In this document: piece by piece, positions 35,300-47,644 of the stretch
How positions within the stretch are numbered: the stretch's first letter is position 1
Layout of the letters: each line of letters begins with the position of its first letter
NCBI GenBank assembly: GCA_030141605.1
Contig: JAQGDQ010000012.1
Span: 700,359 to 764,358, forward strand
Source of the DNA: Tubiluchus corallicola
Lineage: Eukaryota > Animalia > Priapulida
Direction of reading: 5' to 3'
DNA: 64,000 nt
Notes under the pieces: generated by a model
Told to the model about the DNA's origin: nothing
Databases searched by the model: none
What the model saw: only the letters and a program-made list of their open reading frames with translations
Program-made: the position numbers and the translations under genes

Positions 35300-35863
35300 A
35301 TACGAAATCGGTACTTTTTGCTGATATTCATGGCAAGGGTTCTGTAATCAAACCTGTATTTTCGGATAAATATCTAGGGCATATCATAACAAAGTTGGCC
35401 TCTGGTAATGATGGCATTACGAGATAGAAATAAGCTTATTGCGCGTGTGTCTATGGTTTTCCCATTGTGGAGAAATTACTATGCCTATATCATTAAAGAA
35501 CTGAAAGTTACCTATAATAAGTGTAAAAGAAAACTATTTTCAATGTCGTATGATTTGGCGCTATTCAAATGTGTGTCGATTTCTAAATTCAGCATTTTGA
35601 CGTAATCCCTCGAGAAGCTGTTTATTCTTTTAAAAATCGATTAGATCAATCTAGTATATTTTAAGACAATATATTTTAAAGTCTGATAGCAGTGTGAATT
35701 CTTACATTTTTAGCAAATGGAGAACGATTTTATTTACGGATTAATCATGCCCATGCATTATGCTGTAAATAAGTTTTTAAGTTCGTTTTCAATGATGTTT
35801 TTATCCTTATATTTATGTATTTGTGTTCTAAGGACTAGATTCCGAAATAAATAAATAAATAAA
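35300..35863 (+). mobile_element. Degenerate L2/CR1-group LINE 3' fragment
   Basis: Residual KYLGHII and LKVTYNKCKRKLF peptides; ends in a (TAAA)n tail at ~35845-35863. Confidence 0.6.
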
Positions 35864-38800
35864 TCTAAAAATCTAATTTCTTGCCTCGTGGATGATGAAT
35901 TACAAAGAAAAATCGATGGGGTGTGTTAGAGCAGAAAACCGTACAAAAGGCTTGGCTATGACTTGTTATGTTTAATAACTATTTTGACAACGAGCGTAAA
36001 GTGCTATTCGATAAATGTTTTAGGCGAAAACGTATAAAATGCATTTTATTGCAGAAAACAATGCAGCTTTTGATTCAGAGGTATATCCATAAGATAGTAT
36101 ATGCTGAAGAATCGAATAATTTAAGTGGTAAGCCAAACATTTTATTATATAAATTATGTATATTTTAATTACACTATTAAAGTCATTTACACACATATTA
36201 TTTCTACACGGAAATGGAGTGTTACGAAAATCATTTGTAGTGCAGAAATTAATTCAGTCTTACATGATGCACTTGTGTCCCTCATTCCACAATAACGTCA
36301 AAACGAAACAAGCTTATCCCCACTTGGCATGAGATTGATCAGATGTCAAAGTACAAGGTCACAATATCAAAAAATTTAATTAAGCCAAAAAAATAAAAAA
36401 TAAAAAACGTTCAAACCCTATAAACCTATTGTTTGCTTAAAAAATCAAAGGTCAAGGTCACAAGATCAAAAATGTCAAAGTAAGTTTTTGAGCGTAGTGA
36501 TTATATTTTAGCAAAGTGCGGGTCTATACTTTGCACCGCTACTGAATACCAGCATTCTGGTTATGAGATAGGCCTAAGTTACTTCCAGTGTGATACAGTT
36601 GTAGGTAAAGAAAGTAGGTAGTTGTACGAAATAAAAAAAATTTAATAACATAACAAGTGTTTTTTATGTATCATGGACAGTAGTACATTGGTACAAAACA
36701 TATAATTAAATTTATAAAGTGAATTTGCGGTTTTTGTAGATAACTATAGCCCAACTGGAGGAAAAGATCATATACCGCACGAGATGAATACGCCAGATTC
36801 GGGATTTGGCATTGGAGAAAACGGAATGATTCTTAACTGTTCACGTCTATAGCACAAATCTTCAATTTTATTTCATTAACTTTTTGAAATGTTGCTTTGT
36901 TTAAATTTAGTTTTTAGTCTTTGTAAATAATAAGTAAATAATCAATGCACATTTTATATGCAGGTTCAGGTATATGCTTGCCTATCTTATTTCAAACGTT
37001 TTCTTAACATGTTTTCTGTATGAAAAACAGTGCGATTAAAATGGCTTGGAAATTCACAAAACTTTGACCCCTGACTTGGAGGATCTTGAATTCTATTAAT
37101 CATGTTCCAGTCATACCACTTAAGGTTAAAAGTGAGCCAGATTACGTTCAAATCAAATTTTGAGGACTTAATACGTTCGCAATTGTTTAAACAATACTTT
37201 GATGCAATAAACTGCTACTACTCGTTGCTGTTGCATCCCATGGCAAAAGGTTATGTACCATTTTGTACAGTAAATCGTGAATTTTATATACACGACGAAT
37301 TTATTTGTATTTTAATTGATTACATTGCTGTAATATAAACCTTATCGTGGAGTGATTGGCATCTCTTAATTATTGGGATACCGTATTTGTGCAAACTATA
37401 TTTTTACATAAATGAGAAGTTTTTAAAATCAGATATATCGTAAGCAAAACGACATCACTATAGCTCACGATTTTTTATTATAAATCTTCGTACGTGCATT
37501 GTTTATATAATTGCACTTTGTGATAATTAATATTAATGATATGCTTAATGTGCTACAAGTGTTGTCGATAAACTATTTTCATTTAATTTAATTATAATAT
37601 TTATTATGTTATTTGTAAAATTTAAATACGCATTCGCTGAATGTGTTGTTAGATGAAGAAACAGAAATTTTCTTCGTAAAATATTGTTCTAGTTATGAAA
37701 ATTTGCTTCTGGTTTTGGGTATAACGAAATGCCAAATGTATTTTTATTCTGTCACGTTTGTTTATTCTAAACATAGGCTGATACGAAAAATCTACTACCA
37801 AGGAGTAAGATGGCCATATTCATTAAGAATTTAAGATCACTTCGTTTATTATTCAGTGTAGGAACCTAGGAGTGTTATATCTATGTTTCTTCTACTTAGG
37901 GCAAGATAGATAGATATAGTTTATTTCGCACACATGGTTCAATACAATAATTACAAAAAAACATGCAAAGACTAAGAATAACAAAGCCAAATGCGAGGAC
38001 AACGTACGACCATAGGGTCCTTTACACGTTGCCCATATATTGGTGATCAGTGAATTTGCGGTGGTTGAGAAAATTAATAATAGTAACAAGTCTTTAAACT
38101 AATAAATAGTTACGAATTGCAAATATCGCAAGAAATCCAATAATTATCGATTATGCAATATTTCTGTTGATCAATATTATGGATTCTAGCAACGCACAAG
38201 GGCAAGGGAAGTAAAACAAAAGATGGGCAGTTTAGTAATTTGGATTTGAAGCATGCAGTAACCTAACTATATAGTGCATGGAATAAAACTGTTAACACAC
38301 ACACTTTGTTTGAAGTTATCTTCTGTGAATTACTGTATACTTGGTTCTCAGACAATAGGCAAGTACTGAGGTTGCAACAAGATGTGGAGTGCACAGCTTA
38401 ACATGTCAAAAAATAAATCTTTCATTTTCATGCTAATGAAACTTTAGTAATGAAAATTTTCATACCATGAAATAAAAATTTCATACTTTCTACGTATGTA
38501 AATGTAACACACATTGCGTATCACATTATAGAAAAATGTATTTCATAAACCATTGTAAAGACTAGCCAATTTCGTATCTCCTACAATAAAAGTGACTTAT
38601 TAAGTGTTAAGTTATAAACAAATGTTCTTGTGTAGACAAACCGATTTTTACTTCCTTCAAATAACTCACAATATTTCTTTCGCAGTTATTTGCCTTGATG
38701 GATTTGGGAAACACAATTTCAGGAGGTGAGTCCAAATAGAGAGTGAAACAAGCAAGTTGAAAGCAAAAAGATCGCGGTGAAACAAGATTTGAAACGCTCT

Positions 38801-40139
38801 ACAAACAGCAAGAATTCGCTAGATAGCAGTTTCTTTTCTAATCCTAGTACTAAACTTTTTCTTTGTGTTTTTAATCACGCCTAAGTGTTGCAAACAGAAT
38901 TAAGACACTGCTCTAGTTGTAAATAATTGTCCAATTTATCACACTAGTGCCATTTTAATAAAGAAACAATGTCATTTCTAATCTGCATAGTAGTCTCATT
39001 TCCACTTTGATATTAGATGCTTCACTTTGATAATCTTTGTCACGACGGGAAAGTGTACAAATCCGCCATGCTCCAAACCAGCTTATCCATTGTTCAACTA
39101 CCTAACAAGTTGTTATTAACGTGCGATATCAGAGTACTGAGCAGTGTGTCTACCAATGAGCAATAATACGCGAATTAGCCCCTCGCATACACGCAGTTTT
39201 TAATTGCATAATTTTAGCTTGTGCAACTGAAAATTGCAACGATTTTGCCCTTAAGCCAACCAAATCGGGCGCGCAGACATGCAATTTTTAATTTCGCACC
39301 TGGCTGTCAATGGAATTCGGATTTGTGCGATGGTAATTCACAAAAAGAGAAATAGACGCCGGAAATATTGCGCTTACTCAACAATAACTATCCAGCAATT
39401 AATGGAAGAATAACTTTTATGTTGTATGCTGACTACGGGCTCAGCTGAGCAAACGCTTCAGTTATTATAGCAACTAGTGCAAAGTAGTTTTGATAAATTT
39501 TGAAAATTGTTATACATTATTACCGTTCTTGACATCAAGTGCAGAAAAATATTCTGCTCTTTTGCTTTACCTCATCTTACTGCTTTGTGCAAGCTCAAGT
39601 GGGTGTTTTACAATATAATTATGTATCTATGCAAAATTTTAACTTATGGTTAACTGGTGCAGTAATTGTAAACGTATTAGCATAGTTTACCTTAACAACA
39701 AAACTACATAAGAAGTGACTCATTTGCCAATTGGCGCGAACATTTAAATTATTAAGAATTTTCTTTTTTAGTTACGTAAGTCTTTCAAACAGGTATACGT
39801 AATGTTAAATACTATAAAGATTACGATTAATATAACTTTGTGTGGAAAGTTTTTTTGAGATATACTTTAAAATTGCCTTTTCTTCCCCTTTAAGCGAATG
39901 AATGGAAGGACTCATGCAATTAAAAGACTTGAAGTCCAAATACAAATGTTGTTTAGTGACACCAGTTTATATCAGAAGATTAAATTATTTAGACATGATG
40001 TTTTATGTAATTTACATTCAAACGTTTTCTGGTTAGGGCAAACTTTTTTGTAGCAAGATCGACTGGTATCATGTGCACTGATACTTAAAAAGGATGTGAT
40101 GCGAACAAAAACAATTTGTTTATGGGTAAGGTATTATTA

Positions 40140-41370
40140 ACATCATTTTATTTCGAATATACTTTACATAAGTAATTCATAAAAAGAGTGTTAGCAGTCA
40201 AGATTATTTACACGATTAGCAATAAAAACAACATAGCGGTAGTAAAAAGGATTAATGGGCCTAGTATTTCTGGTAAAATATATAACCAGTACAATTTCTT
40301 TCAAATTAAAATGTTACAAAGTAATTTAGAATTGATCGCAGCTGTGCAATGTTTAAAAAATTAAAATCATTACATTCTAAGCATTCGACGCAGTCTCTAG
40401 CCATATTAACAATTACCTGTTGGTTTCCTATCAAAGCATTTTTCCTCACTGATCTCCTTGCCAGAATATTATATCCATTTTCTAACTGACAACTACTACA
40501 GTTCAATTTGCAACATATATGTCGTAAATTAAAACCCATTGCTGATTTAACCGTAAACAGAGCTTGGTTAACCACAAACTTAACAGTAGTGTTACTACTT
40601 TGTTTACAATTAAAATAGTATTTAATAAAACGCTTGACAAACTGTTGACTTGTCAATATAAGGTGTTGTATAAGTGTGCGCTCATTGAGGGGATGCATAA
40701 CTTACGCACGGCAATATTCCAGGAAATATCGATAAATTTCAGAAAATAATTATCTAGACGCCATGCTTGGCTTCCATAGAAACTGTAACAATAAGTCATG
40801 AAATTTTTGTTTTGATTTGGCTCTTTACAAAACCAAAGTTACACATGATGCTGTTTGCGCGATACACAAAATCTGTTCTTACGTCAAATGTCAGTATCAT
40901 CAGAGAGATCAAAGGACAAAGTATGACCAAGGTGGACGACCGTATCACACCGGGTGAGAGGGGTGAATTATACATGGATATGGCAATTTTTTTTCTTGAA
41001 GAAAAATAAAGTCATTTATACGCATTAAATCAAGAACATACCTTTGTCGGTCCGCATTGAACTCTCGGCGTAGTACGTTGTAATAAACACTTGATTGTGA
41101 TGGTTTTTGCGTTGAACCGCCATGGTGAGGTTTGGGGTTAAAGAACCTTATGCACACATGTTGCGGCCATATATCTGGATTAAACACTGTCTAGATCTTC
41201 AAAATTCACTTTAATTTTAAACGACTTGAATTTGGCTTCATCGTATGACATCTTATGGAATTCTATGGCTTCTAAATCATTGTCAGATAATATTTGTCGC
41301 ACATCCTCGTCCGAACGGACTCGGTACACAAAGATGTCCCTGGTGCGAAGAGCCTACAACCACATTTCGT
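40140..41370 (-). mobile_element. Degenerate, internally deleted LINE (ORF1 C-terminus next to ORF2 C-terminus)
   Basis: Minus-strand peptides RDIFVYRV...FKSFKIKV...FNPDIWPQHVCIRFF (LINE ORF1-like) and CYSFYGSQAW...KRFIKY (post-RT region of L2/Jockey-group ORF2). Confidence 0.6.
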
Positions 41371-41373
41371 AGT

Positions 41374-41526
41374 TAGAGAAATTTTACTGGCGAAACGTAC
41401 AAGTGGCGAACTGAAACACTTTTGTTAAAGAGATAAAGTAATAACGTAATAGAGAAATTTTACTGGCGCAATGTACTCGAAGCGTAGTACTGGCGAACCG
41501 TATCCTGGCGAACTGTCGAAATACCA
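41374..41526 (-). mobile_element. Short copy of the 16-bp-repeat-bearing dispersed element
   Basis: Reverse complement matches 26808-26935 (cgccagtaaaattt...ttatctcttta...aaaagtgtttca..tcgccac), with only a few degenerate tggcgaa units. Confidence 0.7.
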
Positions 41527-42032
41527 TTCCCACAGCCCTACGCCACTGGGAAGAAGCAACATTACTTCAATTAGCTATTGAATAATCAGTTAGAAATTTT
41601 CATTAATTACGTTATGCACTTTATGGCGCTACAATATTCGTTAAACGTTGGGTTATTACATTGTGTTTTGGGAGTCTTACATTATGCGTTAGTTTTTTTT
41701 TATTTATTATCAGTTAGTTATTACATTATACGTTGATTTTTTCCAGTTATTACAATATCAGGCGTTTATTGCATATCCGTTGTAACAGGGCCCGTCGAAT
41801 GTACTGTTTCGTATGCTTTCTAGGGCACAATCACGTGACTTGCACAACCGAATGGTGGTTTAAATTAACCTTGACTGGTCGGGTACAAAATCCAGTCTGC
41901 CATTTACTATAAGCAGTCTACACATTATACAGTCCCAGAGAGAGCACCCAGAGTTAAACGAGGTGATCGAGGAGCTGATTACCATTTTGTATGCGAGTTT
42001 TATATATAAAGATTTACGTGCCTATTTAAGCC

Positions 42033-45000
42033 ATGATACCAACTGTAGACTTTGCGGGGTTTGGATTGGACCTTCTGGATAGGACAACAGCTGATCCGGG
42101 CGTCATAAAAAAGTTGTCAGAAGAGATTCTTAGAGCATTTACGACAGTGGGATTTGTTTACATAACAAACACCGGAATTACGCAGGATGAAGTATGTACA
42201 TTCATTAACATCGTCATACTACTAATGATTCTAGTAGGCCGACAAAAATTTTTAGCCGATCGCATTAATTTGACTGAGAATCTCATGTACCCTTTAACAT
42301 AGACTTGATAGCGTACAAGAAAGGAAAATTCTTGTATAAAGCTAAAAAAAATCGTCTTGAAAACTATCACCTAGCCGTCATTTTGCTGCAGACGGAGCTT
42401 TTATTAGATGTAACGCTGAATTTTCCAGTTACATAACCTAAGTCTTTAAACAGGTAAGCGCAGTGCTAAGTATTACATAACTTTTGTTATTCAGGATAGC
42501 GCGTGGAAAGCTTTAAAATCCCCCTTTCTTCCTCTTTATAATCATAAATACCTAGCACCATACATTTTAGGTCTACTGATTTCAGCGTAAACCTAATCAA
42601 AATGTGAAGCCTTTAGTAAGAGAAGCAAGAAATTCATTTGAAGTCGTTTTTGAGATACATAAAACATTAGTTAACCTAGGAACTATGCCACAGTCCGACT
42701 GAAGTTAACTTCCGCAAACTTTTAGTGGTTCTGAATTAATATGTATGTAAGGCACTACTGAGTGCTCCAGCAGCATTTATACGTCTAAACGTAGCAGGAA
42801 ATTTTGAAACAATACCGTGTGTAAACACAGCAAAATTGCGCAGATAATTTGTGCAATGCAAGCACAGTTAGCGCACTTTAGATTAGCTATATTCAAAGAG
42901 TAAGCAATTTGATTTTGATTTGGTAAGCAAAATGCTAAACATTTCAATAATAATAAAATTAATGAAGACTGCTATAACACTGTTTAATTTCAAACAGATA
43001 AGTGGTGTGTTAAAGACATCGGAAGCATTTTTTACCCTATCAGAAGAAGTAAAAAAGAACTACGGGCGTCCAGTTGATGCACACACGGGATACGTCTGCC
43101 AAGGCAGAGAAACGTAAGCCATAAAGTTATCAATCCAAGTAAAGTATTTTCTTACGCAGATGGACGCGGTGCTCAGTGTCAGTGAAAAGTTCTTCGTTTT
43201 GCCAGAAGATGTAAAGATGAAATGTAGCCGTCCACCTGACAAAAACAATGGTTATGTATGCCAAGGAAGAGAAACGTACGTTAATAAACGAGTGTCTAGT
43301 TAAGCATTTTCAGAAAATTGGTGGGACACACAGGACTGTAGGTACAAAGATACAGTGGTTGCTAAATTCAATGCAAAGCACCTACGCAAGTGGTTTAAAA
43401 AGTTGGTGCTCACTTTTTGTGAATTATTATACATTTTATTATCTGCAATAATTATCTTAATTATTCCTTAGTTTAGAGCTAGAAACATAATTCTTACTCG
43501 TAACCATTGGGTGTCATTTTGAAATGGCAGGATTTCATCAGACATACTGTTGTCAGGCACAACACATTCCTAAAAAGCTAGTCTTGTAATTATTATCTTA
43601 GTATGTGCGATTGAAATTTGCAACATTGAAAAACTAACAAAGTTCAACATCCAAAGTAATGAAAGTAGTCATTCATAAAAAAGGCGATAATATATTGTAT
43701 TTTAAATACGTGTATTTCAAAATACCGATAATTTAAAGCTAGGTTCAAAGTTAGCTCCTGTTACACCCAAGTCTGCAAATCAGCTTGTTAAGAAAGTGGA
43801 ATGTGGTGTATGTGAAGCAATGCAAGTAGCTTCCAATAGACAGGCTTATACAATTTGTAATAAAAAACGTAAACCCGTGTTACTGCCCAAGTTACCCACA
43901 CCTATTTCTTTTTAACATGGAATTGTATTTTTAGCTTGAATAAGGACAGACCATTTGATATCAGGGAGGCTTACAACATCACACCCGATGACGAAAAACC
44001 AGTATGTATTGTTCACTCTCTATCTTCTACAGATGTGTTTATAACAGCTGAATAGGCTTCCTATTGCAATTGTAACAGTTTGACCAAGACAGTCACCATT
44101 TTGACCATGTGTCTGCAAAAGTATTGGCAATCTGATTTTCTAAATTGTTAACAAAACCAGTAAAATTATAGGTATTTTTTCAAAAGTTAGGCATTTTCTG
44201 AATTATGATTCAAAAAAACTTCTATATTCTTCCCTATTTTCACCGTATTTAGAATACAGCATACTTACCTATGGCTCAGCACCCCATTCCACATTGTCCC
44301 CTAATTACAAATCAAAATAAATTTATAAAGCTTTGGACAAATACAAATAGAAGAGCCCATGTTACACCTTTATACCACCAGCATAAAATCTTAAAACTTC
44401 AGGATATATATAAATTAGAGATGGCCAAATTTTTATATAGGTTTAAACATAATATGCTTCCTGAAATTTTTCAGAATTATTACAAATCTGTAGCCCAGAT
44501 GCACGAGTATCATACACGATTTGCCACTAACCAAACTTTCTATGTACATAGATTTAATACTAACAAAGGGCAAAGATCTCTATCTTATCAAGGTGCTTTG
44601 TTGTGGAACAGCCTGTCTAATGAACTAAAAAATGGCACCTTTAGCAATTTGATAATTAACTATAAATCCTTTCTTATTTCTAATTACCATGTGTGACTTT
44701 TCTGCTAAGATTAAATCTGATAAATCTTCCCTGTTAGTGTTAATGTATTACCCTTGAGCTAATCTATTAACTATAATTATATTACCATACTACATCTTCT
44801 TATCAAAGTGTAAAATTGTTATTATTTCTTCGCAACTATGAAAAGGGAAGGTAAACAATAATCTTCAAATAAATCAAGCAACTACAACAGTTTTCTCATA
44901 CTTAATGTTTTATAACTGTGCCTGCTCCAATTATGTTTTTACTACGTATGCTTGATTTACTTCATATATATTCACTTTATTATGATTATTTTGCTCATTG

Positions 45001-47286
45001 TTTCACAGTTATTATTAAGTTTTTATTATATTTTGTTTGAGTTTATTACTACATATTTTGTTTCTTTCACTGATTTATTATTTATGTTTTTTTTGGTTTG
45101 ACTTTTTTCTAGTTTTTTGTTTTAATCGGTTAGTTAAATGCTTTACATATTTTGTTAATCATCATTTCATATTTTTCATTTTATTTCTTTGTCACATAGC
45201 TTACTTAGTTGTTTTGCTTTCATGTTTAATGTATCCCCCCATAAATTCATTTTAACAGCAGCACCACAAATTTTTTACAATTTTCACTAACCTGAGAAGG
45301 GTAGCTGACTCGATGACCAATTGGTCTTTCGCTACCCTTTCTCCTGCACCCCCTTAACTATTTCCTTTATGCTTAATTTATCCTTTTTAATCAATAACTA
45401 AAAAATTATAATTAGTCAATTTGTATACAGGTGTAAATGAGGAGATAAATAAAAATGTCTATGTCTATGTCTAAAGTGGTAACATTTGCTTTGTTAATCA
45501 AGAATGCCATTCTAGCTACGCTAATACAGTACTACAAAAATATGGTAACGATGTTACTTATTGAGAGGTAACCATTATATATATGTATACTTTGTTTGGG
45601 CATACTCTCAATATATGTATAGTTTGTTTGGGAATCTCAATTATTTTGTGCTCGTAAAGGTCAATCGTCATTTTTATTCATATTCTTACTTATTTTTTTC
45701 TATGCAGATATTTCCGGATGACATCATTCCTGAATTCAGAGAAGTTATGATGAAACATTACAACAGATTGAAGGAACTAGCCTTAAGAGTGTTGTATATT
45801 ATAGCAGTTGGTCTAAAACTAGATGTAAGTAATGGGACGCTAACCAGAACTTTTCACTAATATCTACATCTCTTCAAATAAATAATAGAGTTTGTGCGGT
45901 TCATTGTATTTCTGTAAAATGGAAAGTCGCAGTAAGTGATGATTTACCCCAAAGGAACGTGATATTTTCCTTTTTTGGTTATACATTTTTCACATACAGG
46001 ATCTGATGTTCTTTGAGAAAAATCACAGAAGTATAGGAATTGGGGAAAACATTACAACCCTAAGGTCACTGTACTATCCTGCTATCAGCAACCCTGAAGG
46101 TACACATAAAAATGATTGACGATTATGTTATTTAAGTATTTTTCTAGAGAGAGAAATAAGCAAATTTTGTTGAATTTCAATGTCAAACAGCAGACTTGTG
46201 AAATTACCATTTTTTCAAAACTAGAAATTGTGAAGCCAGGACAAATACGATGTGGTGAACATTCTGATTATGGATCCATAACATTACTCTGGCAAGACCA
46301 ATGTGGTGGATTGGAGGTACAAATAGCAACTCATTGATGATGTGTGATATAAAGTTAATAAGATAAATCACTATAAGCTTAAAAAAGATTAATCATATAC
46401 TGAAAAATTCAAAATATCAAATTAATCATGTGCAACTGATAATCGCACATATGGCGTTACGAAGTCCCAAGCAACTATGTGCGAGTTAAATACAACCCAT
46501 CTCTGTTCTATAGTGCGACTCACCATTGGATATATACGTTTGATGCTCAAAATTGAGAGCCCAGCAGGATGGGGTGGTCTAAAGGTTAATGTAGTAAAAT
46601 GACATGTGGTTGTACTGTCTAACTCGCTGGTTATTACTGCATTGTATAAAATGTAAGCGGTCGTACGCACTTTACCTTTTTTGAATGTATGAAGGTTCAA
46701 GCAGATAAATATTGGCTATTTACATAAATATTGGTAATTCCGTTTATCAGGAAATATTGGAAATTGTACAACACTATTCCAGTACATAGTAAGCGTAATT
46801 ACTTCCACATTGCTTTTTGGACATGTTTGCAATTAGGTAATGAATAGGGAAGGTGTATATCAACCAGCAATACCAGTTGAAGGAGCATTTTTAGTTAACA
46901 TCGCTGACATGTTGCAACGTTGGACATCAGACAAGTTAATATCTGCAGTAAGTTTGCATCTTTTATTAGAACTTTTGTGCTTCCCCATATTTTTTAATTG
47001 CTTGTTATTGCAGTTTTCTCTCTGGCTACTAGCTAACTGGCACTAGTTAAGGTTTCCAGTAACTTAAATCAGCTGGCTATTAGGATTAATGTTTGCCTCG
47101 TTTGGCTTGCAGAAACACCGAGTAATGATACCTGAAGATCCACAAGGTGCAAGGGTGAGACAGTCCATTGTATACTTTGTACATCCTGATAGTAACACGG
47201 TTATTGAACCAGTAGACGGTTCAGGGAAATATCCGCCCATCAGGGCTGGAGAGTATACGGACCAGAGATTTGCGGAGTCATACTAA
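42033..47286 (+). CDS. 2-oxoglutarate/Fe(II)-dependent dioxygenase (IPNS-like, DIOX_N + 2OG-FeII_Oxy)
   Basis: Exons 42033-42191, [42998-43113 OR 43160-43275], 43935-44001, 45708-45824, 46000-46099, 46225-46316, 46837-46947, 47113-47286, all phase-compatible. Motifs IPTVDF, AFTTVGFVYITNTGI, FF.L.E.VK, TLRSLYYP, Fe-binding HSD...H (GEHSDYGSITLL; KHRV), 2OG-binding RQS. AATAAA at 47357. Confidence 0.95.
42998..43113 (+). CDS. Dioxygenase exon 2A (candidate mutually exclusive exon)
   Basis: cag|ATA...GAAAC|gtaagc, 116 nt, ISGVLKTSEAFFTLSEEVKKNYGRPVDAHTGYVCQGRE(T). Confidence 0.88.
43160..43275 (+). CDS. Dioxygenase exon 2B (candidate mutually exclusive exon)
   Basis: gcag|ATG...GAAAC|gtacgt, 116 nt, MDAVLSVSEKFFVLPEDVKMKCSRPPDKNNGYVCQGRE(T); not shown in the ORF track. 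Confidence 0.88.
44150..45473 (+). mobile_element. 5'-truncated L2/Crack-group LINE in a dioxygenase intron
   Basis: ORF 44271-44696 resembles a post-RT C-terminus (PLYHQHKILKLQDIYKLE...YHTR...GALLWNSL); long T-rich 3' UTR, AATAAA and a (TGTCTA)n tail ending ~45473. Confidence 0.8.
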
Positions 47287-47644
47287 CATACATTACCTAC
47301 AGACTTCAGTAAACCTTGCACAAAGTAAACCTAGGCTGTGTGCAGTGAAACCATTTAATAAAAATGACCTTTGTGTTATGATTGAAAATTATGTACATGA
47401 CAATTCACAGTGAATTGTACAGCTACACAGCTAATTGTTTGTTGTTCAATGGCTGCATGTAATCAGAATGAGTAGCAAAACAAATCTTTTGGCAGATTAA
47501 AATGACAGTGTAATTTATGATTAAAATGGCGTTGTAATTTGTGTAGGGCATGCACCCCACAAAATTTATGCAATTTGATAAATAAATCTAAAAACTGCAT
47601 AAAACCAGGCTTCTTTGCCACATTTTCTTTACAAGTTTCTTTAT

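Noticed and set aside
41831-42011. TCACGTGA E-box and TATA-like motifs upstream of the dioxygenase
   Set aside because: Short motifs with two competing TATA candidates; cannot be supported without TSS data.
43314-43341. Possible third alternative exon after exon 2B (ttttcag...gtag|gtac)
   Set aside because: No similarity to 2A/2B and incompatible phase.
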